Source: Malassezia furfur (taxonomy: Eukaryota). From it: 43,716 nucleotides of DNA. The position numbers and the translations under genes are program-made. Shown here one piece after another: positions 32,650 to 41,462 of the stretch (within the stretch, counting starts at the first letter, position 1; the number at the start of each line of letters is the position of its first letter). The notes beneath the pieces are model-generated. The model was not told where the DNA came from. It worked only from the letters and a program-made list of their open reading frames with translations, and searched no databases. The stretch is taken from NCBI GenBank assembly GCA_052055015.1, contig JBQJIT010000044.1. One strand, written 5' to 3'.

Positions 32650-32946
32650 TTACTTTTGGAACGGCGTCACCATCTTGCCCTCCTTCTGCTGCGAGAGGAC
32701 GGACTTGTCGCCCGCGGCATGGCCACCCGCAAGCGACGACTTCAGATCGTCGCTAAAGAAGTAGACACCGGCAGCCACAGCACCCACGAGAGAAAAGGTG
32801 ATCAAGCCAACGTTGCTACCCGCCTTCTTGGTGTCGTTGTGCGAGGCCTCGTTGATGGTCTGCTTGGGGCCTCCCGTAGAGTAGGCACGCAGACGAGGAA
32901 GCGCGCGGGTCGTGCGAAGCAGGTTGGTCGAGCGGAACAGAACCAT
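32650..32946 (-). CDS. Small (98 aa) putative mitochondrial single-TM protein
   Basis: ATG in ACCATGG context; presequence MVLFRSTNLLRTTRALPRLRAYST; TM VGLITFSLVGAVAAGVYFF; codons mostly end in G/C. Confidence 0.72.
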   Translation of the reverse strand: MVLFRSTNLLRTTRALPRLRAYSTGGPKQTINEASHNDTKKAGSNVGLITFSLVGAVAAGVYFFSDDLKSSLAGGHAAGDKSVLSQQKEGKMVTPFQK

Positions 32947-33133
32947 GGTGGATCGGATGAAGGGACGGGGTTGCCAGCGACGGGGCAGATCGGGCGCGTG
33001 CCCAGGGTCAATGTGGAGTATGAGGGAGATTTCAGCGTCCATACACTAATCGTAAACTACAGTCATCGGGATGGGTAAAGTACAAGAAACGCAGTAGGAA
33101 CACATAAAAAAGTGATGTACAATGGTGCCATAG

Positions 33134-35342
33134 TTAGGGCGTCCAGGCATGCTTCAGCTTCGAGCCGCACTCGTCCGGCAAGGGGCACGAGGCGAGCACA
33201 TGGGCCTCCGGCGCCATGGTCGGCACACAGCCTTGGGCGAGGAGCAGCTTGGCCCGTGCTTGCGGGTTGGGGATCGGCCGGAAGTCGTCATCGCGGCGCT
33301 TGCCCCAGCGCGGTTTGAGCGGCGCAGTGATTTTGTGGTTGCGAATCATCGCCAGCTCCAAACTAAGCATGAGCAGGTGCGCACTGTTGCTCAGCAACCG
33401 CGGGCGCGGCATATGGTCGTCGTCGCTCGCCTCTGGCACAGGGCTGCCGCTCACGCGCACGGGCGCCGGCGGCAGGACAGGCGCCAGGCCGCCGTCGCTC
33501 TCCGAAGAGTTAACGATCTTGATCGCTCCGCGGCGCCCACGCGTGTCCATGGATGCCTCGGCCGTTACACTCGAGCGGTCGTGTCCGGCGGTGGCCGCCG
33601 CCGCCGCATACGTCACACCCGACGTACGCGTGCGGTGCGAGCGCCGCGGTCGGGCGGCGAGCACCGAGTTGGTCGTACTAAGCACCGACGCACCCGAAGC
33701 ACGGACCTGCATCGCCCGCGACCGAACCCGCCGGCCACGGCCACGCGTGCGGCCACGGAGGTCTTCCTCATCGACCTCTTCACGGAGCACATTCCGCGGG
33801 CTCGGGAACGTCCTCGGGGCAGATCGGCTCGGGGTCCTCCGCGGGCGGGCGCGAGGCACGCTGGTTGTCGCGGCGCTGACGGCGCCGCGCGCCGCGCGAA
33901 ACGACGGTGCGGAAGCCATTCTCGTCGACGGAAGCATCGGGGACCGCGTCGAGGTGCAGCACGCCGTCAATCATCAGCGGCGCCTGGGGATGCGCACACA
34001 GGCGCGGCGACGCGGGCGGCGCATGCTCGTCGGTGCGCGCACTCGACTCGTTTGCGCCGGGATGCGGCTTGAGGTTGTACCCAGGGTTGCACACCGCCGC
34101 GCCGAGCGCCGAGAGCGACGGGATCAGTTCTGTGTCACGGACGTTAAGCAGCGGCGGACGCGGCGACAAGACGCGTGAACGCTCCTGCGTACTCAGCGCG
34201 CGTGTAGATGAATCCAGCCGGCTCGAGTATTGCCGTTGCGAAAGACGCTCGCTGCGAATGTCGCCTGGCCCAACGCTGCGGCTGCGCGAGTGGATGCGGA
34301 AGGTCTGCAGCTGGGCCACCGAGGAGAACTCCGTGTCGGGATCAATCGGCGAGCCGATCCCGGAGACATATGCGGAAAAGTCGCGAGGACCTTTGGGCGA
34401 GCGCTCCACTTCCTCGGTCGCGGCGTTGGGCGCCATGGACGGGGCTGCAGACGGTGCGGATGTGTCTTCGGCGCCACTGTGGATCGACGACGCACGCGAG
34501 GTCGTCGTCGAGTCACGGTCGCTGTTCGGGCCGATCGTTGCGGTATCGTCTTGCAAAAGGGACCATGCATCGGCCCGGGGCGTCACGTCGCTCTTGCTTC
34601 GTCGCCGCGTGTACGCAGGCCGCTTTACTGGCGTGCGCCGCACGAGCAGTGTGCTGGCGGGCGCAACGAACCCCTTCTCGGGCGACGCCGATAGACTCTT
34701 GCTTCCAAGCGTCTTTTCGAGCGCCATCGATACCGACTTGAGCGTCTCACCAGGCTCTGAGCTGTCGCCGCTGCACTTGGAGCACGACGACCACGACGAG
34801 CCCGGCGTGATGCTCTCTGTCCCACTCCCTTCCTGAGACCGATTAAAGAGAACACTGTAGGGGGTCATGATCTCGGGTGGGGAAAAGGCACACGAGTCCA
34901 CCGGGGACAGACTCGATTCGGCGGGCGACAGGGACCGATCCCGGGTGGGCTGAATACACAGCTTCGCCGACGAGTGAAAGACACTTGTCTGTGCAAGGCA
35001 GGGCAGCCCTTTAAGCCGCGTCGACATCCCTTCGTCGTCTCGCTCGCGGGACGGTGACCGCGACGCGGAGCAGAGCCGCCGCGGGTCGCTCTCCGTAGAG
35101 CTTGTCCGGCGCGAGCGCCGCGGGAAGCGCAGGGAATCCACTGTGATGTTCTGCAACTGTTGCGTGAGAAGCGCGCTTGCCCGCGATGCACCAGACAGCG
35201 ACACGGCCAAAGGTGTCGCGCGACTGGCATGCGTTGCGACCGTCAGCGCGGGTAGTGCCGCGGGTAGCGACATGTACTCGGCCGGCTGACGATGGTGTAT
35301 ATGGCTGGAGGATGCGTGTGAGATTTGTATTGGCGCGGCCAT
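33134..35342 (-). CDS. Ser/Arg-rich protein of unknown function encoded in two frames (ORF1 35342-33780; ORF2 from 33781 to 33134), joined by a +1 shift
   Basis: ORF1 ends ...PEPAECAP* at CCG TGA. Skipping T33782 continues as EEVDEEDLRGRTRGR...PRLLSNSAHLLMLSLELAMIRNHKITAPLKPRWGKRRDDDF, a motif I recall from basidiomycete hypothetical proteins. Confidence 0.65.
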
Positions 35343-35889
35343 GATTAGAGGGCGCGTACAGGCACGCAGTGAGAGGTGTTGGCAAGAGAGGTGAGAGGGA
35401 CTGTGAACCGAGTGGTTAGTGCGACACTGAGCGGGTAGCTCCCGTGCCCTACGCCGACGGTGGTTCTCAGCAGATAAAGTGGTCGAGCCGCTCGGCCTTC
35501 AAGAGCAGCTGTCCTCTTGCGAAGAAGACGCAATTCTGGAAGGATGGAAGCAGTTCCGGACTGTCGAGCGACGGAGCAGCACACAGTCGCTTGGCCACAC
35601 CGGGCTGCCGGTGCCTGTTGGCGATGCCGCTGGGAGCTTAATCGGGAATCGACTTGTGCATTAACTCCACCTACGCTCCAATGTACGTAATCGGAATTTG
35701 ATTGGATAGGGTTATAGGAAGGTCCCCGAAATAGAAATCAGGGTACACGATTGGTGTGAAACTATCGAATCACATACTGTACCCTTCGCATTCGGCATCT
35801 CGATTCCTGGCATTAGTGAGCATGCAGGACGATTGGACCAACGCATTGAAGCGAGCTCGTTCGACAGCTGCGTCGCTCAACCAAACGGG

Positions 35890-37295
35890 CTACGCCTGCA
35901 CTTGCGCACCCTCAGATTCTTCGCGCTTTTTAAGCACCAATGGCTGGCCGGTAATGCGGCGCCAGACGTCGTGAATGTCCTCCACTACCGTCTCAAAGTG
36001 GGATGTGGGGTCGTAGGAACGCGTAATAAACACATTGTCCTCCTTGCCCGAATCGATTGGCTCCTCGAGCGTGGTGATCGTCACAAACTTGTCGTGGATC
36101 GGGCCCAGCAGGTCCAGGCCAGGCCGCAGCTCCAACTCCGGCTTGTCCGTCTCCACCACGGTCGACACCTGCACGATGTAGATGTCCTTAGGGCACACGT
36201 TGTGCGTCGACGACACCTCCGCGATGTAGATGTCTTTTGGTCAGTTGAAAGGAAACGTACCGTGTTTGCGCCCCACCTGGTTCTGGGGAATAATCAGCTG
36301 CACCGAGTCCGAGTTGTCCGTGTTCGGGATGGGGTGCTTCAGAATGCAGATCGCACGCACCACCTTCTCGGTCTCGCGCACCCGCGGCTTGCCTGCGTTG
36401 GTGCGGAAGTAACTAGGGTCGCCCACCACCATGTCAGCCTTCACGGTCTCGTCACCAGAGCGCACACCGACAAACTTGCCCTGCTCGTCGACCACAATCT
36501 CGTCCACAGGCTTGTCGAGCATGTACGTCCCGCCGTAGATGGCCGAGAGACGCGCAAAGCCCTGAGGCAGCTCACCCAGACCGTATAGAGGGTAGATGTA
36601 AGGCGACTTGCCGTAGCGCGCCATCGACGACATGTACAACAGAATGCGCTCGTACGTCTCACGCGCGGGGCGCTGCAGATAGCCGTCGTCGAGGTGCAGT
36701 GCCATGGCGTGACCGATGAAGTCGCGCGTGCCCGGCTCCAGGCCGAACTGCGCAAACACCTTTTCCATGGGCCACGAGTCGAGGTCGACGCCCTGGTGCG
36801 TCTTGGGGTCGTTGTCGCGCCAGTTCTGCAGGAACTCGAAGAAGCGCTTGGCGCGGCGCTTCTCGAACAAACCCATGAGGGGAGACCGCACCGCCTCCAT
36901 CTCCGTGCTGGGCACCTTGGCAATGCGCTTGTCACGGTACACGTAGCTGGCCGCAATTTGCTTAAACTCCAAGTAACGTGTCACGTCCGTGTGAACGAGC
37001 ATGTTGACGATCTCGCCGTTCGCCATCATGAACTTGGGAATCATGTCGATCGCATAGTCGCGGTCGCGGCCCATGTCCGTGGGCACCGCCTCGCCCGGAC
37101 GGAACTTGTTGTACAGCTGCGACAGGGACAGCGACGCACACTCCGCACCGTAGTAGTCGTTACGGTCGATGTGCAGAACTTTTTTGCCATCGACGGACAG
37201 GAGCGCAGAAAGCACACACTCCGTAACACCAGTGCCAAGAATGACGGCGTCTGCTCGGTTAGCGGCGCGCCCCACGTACCGTACTTCTCGTCCAT
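35890..37295 (-). CDS. GDI1: Rab GDP-dissociation inhibitor (introns 37251-37279, 36234-36260)
   Basis: MDEKY|DAVILGTGVTECVLS; LHIDRNDYYG; PKFMMANG; TDVTRYLEF; YGKSPYIYPLYGLGELPQGFARLSAIYGGTYML; IIPQNQVGRKH|DIYI; SYDPTSHFET. Confidence 0.97.
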
Positions 37296-37382
37296 GATCG
37301 CTGTTGTGGTGCAACCGCCGGGCCGTGCACTTAATTCCCCATTGGGTGCATGTGGAGAGAGCACGGTGCATTTTCTGCATCA

Positions 37383-38069
37383 ATGGTTCGGTCGTACGTA
37401 CTGCAGAATGGGCTGACCCACTAGCTACCCCAACATTGTCATCACAGGCACGCCCGGCACCGGGAAAACGACTCTCGCTCAGCAGATTTGTGAGGCGTTC
37501 ACCGGTCCCACCGGATCTCGGCCGCTTCGGCACATCGATGTGGGCACGTTGATCAAGAAGCACGGTTTCCACAAATCCTACGATCCAGAATGGGAGACGT
37601 ACGAGGTGGACGAGGACCAGCTGCTGGACTATCTGGAGCCGCACTCGGGCGGATCGGCGCCTGATCCGCAGGACGTCGACCCCGACGCGTGTGAGGACGC
37701 GCGGCAGGTGAGCGACGACGACGAGACACGCGGTGGCCTCCTGCTCGACTGGCATACGTGCGACGCTTGGCCGGAACGATGGGCCGACCTGGTGATTGTG
37801 CTGCGCTGCGACCACCAGCTGCTTTGGAAACGCCTGGAGAAACGGTGTGTATGGCACACTAATCCCGCAGCCAGTACGCCGAGAAAAAGATTGCCGAGAA
37901 CAACGAGGCAGAGATCATGGGCGTCGTCGCCGAGGACGCGCGAGAGTCGTATGCGCCTGAGTGCATCGTGACGCTCACGAGCGAGAACGCGGACGAGATG
38001 GAGTCGAATGTAGAGCGCGTGATCCAATGGATCCATGCGTGGCGTCAGCAGCGTGGGCTGGAGACATAG
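37383..38069 (+). CDS. FAP7: Adenylate kinase 6 / Fap7 (introns 37394-37424, 37845-37870)
   Basis: MVRS|YPNIVITGTPGTGKTT; VDEDQLLDYLE; GGLLLDWHTCDAWPERWADLVIVLRC; RLEKR|QYAEKKIAENNEAEIM. Confidence 0.93.
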
Positions 38070-38109
38070 ACTGGCATGCACGCACATACTATGCACGGGG
38101 TATGTTTAT

Positions 38110-38955
38110 CTACCATGCCCATCCGGGGCGCTGGAATCCGTTCACGATTTTGCGGTTGGTCCGTGTGACACCGCCGCTGCCGAGACGACGCATGCGGCGA
38201 CGCGCCAATTCGAGCGTGGCCTCCTCGCGCTCCTCCCACGTCTTACCCGGGCGCAGCACCACGTTCAGTTTGGCCTGGGGGTGGTGCATGATGCCGTGGC
38301 GCGCGCGGCCCTTGATCTCGAGGCGCGCAAAGTAGGTGCCCTTGGTGACCCATGCCTCGGACACAAGCAGCTTGCTCGGGTCCATGCCCTTGGCGATAGC
38401 GTGGTCGCGCGCCATGACGAGCGTCGCACGCACGCGGCGAGCGGCGCGCTTGGCGCTAAATTGCATCTGCACAATGGCAAAGTCGATCGGTTTCCCAATG
38501 ATTTGGTTTGCGAGGAGGTTGAGCTTGCGGGGCGAGATGCGGAACACGGCGGTGCTGTACTTCTGCTCCTGTTTTTCGACGCCGTTCTCGTCAAGGCCGC
38601 CCCAGCGCTTGCGCAGCAGGCGCTTGGTGCGCTTGGCTTCGGCGCGGCGCGCTTCGACCTCGTCGGCGCGTGCCTGTGGCGAGCTGAGCACGTCGTCCAC
38701 GAGTGCATCACCTGTGGACGACTGCGCGGCCATCATCTCATCGCGGCGCTGGTCGCGCTGCACGCGTTCGTAGTCCTCGGGAAGGAGGCCGCCCTGCTGG
38801 CGCTGGAGCTTGCGCTCGCGGCGGTTGCCCTGAATCAGAGGCAAAACTGTGTCCCAGAAGCTGGTACGTGGGGTGTTAGTCGCGAAAGCACGCATGCCCA
38901 CGCGAGGCACCACGCGCGGCACCCGCAGCGACGCCCACGCTGGCCGGAGAAGCAT
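38110..38955 (-). CDS. MRPL22: Mitochondrial large ribosomal protein uL22m
   Basis: Presequence; YSTAVFRISPRKLNLLANQIIGKPIDFAIVQMQFSAKRAA; VSEAWVTKG; IKGRARHG. Confidence 0.92.
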   Translation of the reverse strand: MLLRPAWASLRVPRVVPRVGMRAFATNTPRTSFWDTVLPLIQGNRRERKLQRQQGGLLPEDYERVQRDQRRDEMMAAQSSTGDALVDDVLSSPQARADEVEARRAEAKRTKRLLRKRWGGLDENGVEKQEQKYSTAVFRISPRKLNLLANQIIGKPIDFAIVQMQFSAKRAARRVRATLVMARDHAIAKGMDPSKLLVSEAWVTKGTYFARLEIKGRARHGIMHHPQAKLNVVLRPGKTWEEREEATLELARRRMRRLGSGGVTRTNRKIVNGFQRPGWAW

Positions 38956-38979
38956 CACGGAAGAACGTCGGAAAGATGT

Positions 38980-38985
38980 CACGTG
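38980..38985. promoter_or_regulatory. CACGTG E-box in the MRPL22/ALDH divergent promoter
   Basis: GTCACGTGCC, the same 10-mer as at 22824-22833. Confidence 0.55.
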
Positions 38986-39040
38986 CCGTGTCGGTGCGCC
39001 GGCGTCCTCCCACTCCACCAGGTGCGTAGCGTGGGCGGCG

Positions 39041-40669
39041 ATGCTGCGATCCGGGCTGCTGCGTGTGTGGCGGGCGTCGTGTGCATCGGCTGCCTTGCGA
39101 GGACCCTATTCTTATACAGTGCGGCAATTTTCGAGTGTGAAAATGGCTGTCGATATCCCCCAGCGACCTACGTTGTTCATTGACGGCGAGTGGACGTCGG
39201 CCCGCAGTGGCAAGACGCGCCCGACGATCAACCCGTACGACGCGCAGGTGCTCACTGAGGTCGACGAGGCCGGTGCCGAGGATGCCGAGCGTGCGATTGC
39301 GTCCGCGCGGAAGTTTTTCGACACATCCGACTGGCCGCGCAAGACGTGCAAGGAGCGCTGTGCGCTCCTGAAGCGCTATGCAGACCTCCTCCAGGAGCAC
39401 AAGCCCAAGCTCGCGCAGATTGAGACGCTTGACACGGGAAAAACGCTGAACGAAAGCGAGATTGACATTGACGACGTCACCAACGTGTTCCGCTTCTATG
39501 CGGACGAGGCTTGCAAGCTCGACCACGACAAGCAGATCACCGGCGAGCTCATCCCCGAGACGGTGCGCAGCACGGTGGTGCACGAGCCGGTCGGTGTGTG
39601 TGTGCTGATCACGCCGTGGAACTACCCGATTCTGCAGCTGTGTTGGAAGCTGGCGCCCGCGCTGGCGACGGGCAATGTGGTGATTGTGAAGCCGTCCGAG
39701 GTCACGCCGCTGTCCACCATCTATCTGGTCAAGCTGCTGCTCGAGGCCGGCTTCCCGCCGAAGAGTGTGCAGCTCCTGACCGCATCCGGCGCGTCAGTCG
39801 GCCCGGCGCTGACCGAGTCGAAGGACGTCGACCTGGTGTCTTTCACCGGTGGCCTGTCGACCGGCCGCAACATCATCCGCAGCTGCGCCGAGACGATCAA
39901 GCGGTGCACGGTCGAGCTGGGCGGCAAGAACCCCAACGTGGTGTTTGCCGACTGCGACCTGGACCTGGCCATCGACAATGTGCTCACGGCGGTGTTTACG
40001 CACTCGGGCCAGGTGTGCTCGTCGGGTGCGCGCCTCATTGTCGAAGACTCGATTGCCGACCGCCTTGTGGCCGGTGTCGTGGAGCGTGCCAAGCTGATCC
40101 GCATGGGCAGCGGCCTGAACCCGGAGAGTGAGACGGGCCCGCTGGTCTCGGCGGAGCACCTGGCCAAGGTCGAGGGCTACGTGAAGCTCGCACGCGAAGA
40201 GGGCGGCAAGGTGCTGTGCGGTGGCTGCCGCCCCGATCCGAAGGAGCACCCGGAGCTGGCCAAGGGCTACTTCTTCCTGCCGACCGTCGTGGACCGCTGC
40301 GACCGGTCGATGCGGATTGTGCAGGAGGAGACCTTTGGTCCGATCCTGACCGTGGAGCGCTTCAAGGACGGCGACGAGGACGAGGCGGTGCGTCTCGCGA
40401 ACGACACGCAATACGGTCTGGCGGGCGGCGTCCAGAGCAAGGACGCGGCGCGTGCCGAGCGCGTCGCGCGGCGCCTGCGCCACGGCACGGTGTGGGTCAA
40501 CACGTACGGTGCCTACACGCCGCAGGCGGAGTGGGGCGGCTACGGCCTGTCGGGTAACGGGCGCGAGCTCGGGAGCAAGGGCCTGGACGAGTACATCGAG
40601 ACCAAGCACCTCTGGAACGAGACGAAGCCCGCCATGATGGGTTGGTTCAAGGGCGGCGCGCGTATGTAG
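39041..40669 (+). CDS. Betaine aldehyde dehydrogenase-like ALDH (GbsA/BetB type); second in-frame ATG at 39143
   Basis: LFIDGEW; ETLDTGKTL; ITPWNYP; KPSEVTP; SFTGG; catalytic ELGGKNP and GQVCSSG; EETFGP; GRELG; intronless. Confidence 0.92.
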   Translation: MLRSGLLRVWRASCASAALRGPYSYTVRQFSSVKMAVDIPQRPTLFIDGEWTSARSGKTRPTINPYDAQVLTEVDEAGAEDAERAIASARKFFDTSDWPRKTCKERCALLKRYADLLQEHKPKLAQIETLDTGKTLNESEIDIDDVTNVFRFYADEACKLDHDKQITGELIPETVRSTVVHEPVGVCVLITPWNYPILQLCWKLAPALATGNVVIVKPSEVTPLSTIYLVKLLLEAGFPPKSVQLLTASGASVGPALTESKDVDLVSFTGGLSTGRNIIRSCAETIKRCTVELGGKNPNVVFADCDLDLAIDNVLTAVFTHSGQVCSSGARLIVEDSIADRLVAGVVERAKLIRMGSGLNPESETGPLVSAEHLAKVEGYVKLAREEGGKVLCGGCRPDPKEHPELAKGYFFLPTVVDRCDRSMRIVQEETFGPILTVERFKDGDEDEAVRLANDTQYGLAGGVQSKDAARAERVARRLRHGTVWVNTYGAYTPQAEWGGYGLSGNGRELGSKGLDEYIETKHLWNETKPAMMGWFKGGARM

Positions 40670-40676
40670 TCGCTAT

Positions 40677-41329
40677 TTAGAGCTCATCCTTGGACGGCGT
40701 GCCCGTCTCGACGTCGGTGAGGATGCCCGAGTCGGCGATGACCACGTCCTCGACCGGACGGTCGCCCGGGGCGGTCCTGCTGGACTCGATCGCCTTGACG
40801 ACGTCCATGCCGTCGACGACGCGGCCAAAGACCACGTGGCGCCCGTCGAGCCACGGCGTCTTGACCGTGGTGATGAAGAACTGCGAGCCGTTCGAGTCCG
40901 GACCGGCGTTTGCCTGTAAAAGTTAGCGGGAGGGGCGCGACGTACCATGCTGAGGATGCCGGGGCCCTCGTGGGTGAGCTCGAACGTCTCGTCCGGGAAG
41001 CTCTTGCCCCAGATCGACAGGCCGCCGCGGCCGTCGCCGCGCGTGTAGTCGCCGCCCTGAATCATGAAGTTTTTGATGACGCGGTGGAACTTGCTGCCCG
41101 CGTAGCCGCGGCCCTCGCCGCGCTGGGCCAGAGCCACGAAGTTTTCGACGGTCTTGGGTACCGTCTCGCCGTAGAGGCCGAGCGTGATGCGACCGAGCGT
41201 CTTTTCGCCCTGCTCGATGTCGAAGTAGACGTAGTTCGTCACCTTCGCATCCTTGTGCGACAGCGCGAGCGATGCCGTAGCGCACACGAGCGCGAGCAGG
41301 CTCAGCACACGACCCACGTTCATCCACAT
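40677..41329 (-). CDS. ER cyclophilin B-type peptidyl-prolyl isomerase (intron 40914-40945)
   Basis: Signal peptide; [63 protein letters not shown]-terminal KDEL*. Confidence 0.95.
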
Positions 41330-41462
41330 GGTTTCCGGGGAAACGGGCGGTGGGCGCGCGCGGGGCCATTTTCGGCCGAGTGTGGGGCGCGGCTTCAACC
41401 ACGCCGACGACGAACGCGTAGGCGTTGCGGTGCGGACAGACCCGGTGACGGCGCTGTCGACC

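Noticed and set aside
33776..33809. 34-nt intron (GTTCCC...GAAGAG) that would join the two frames of the frameshifted gene
   Set aside because: The phase fits, but the donor lacks +5G, there is no branch motif, and the acceptor is GAG, unlike every other intron in the window.
33134..35342. Ornithine decarboxylase antizyme gene
   Set aside because: ORF1 is far too long and ORF2 shows no antizyme domain; only the shift-site geometry is similar.
36241..37857. 538-aa GDI with an N-terminal extension
   Set aside because: The upstream part is antisense to FAP7; MDEKY plus a 29-nt intron gives the canonical N-terminus.
40677..40691. KDEL rather than HDEL on the cyclophilin
   Set aside because: KDEL variants are common in fungi outside Saccharomyces; unremarkable.
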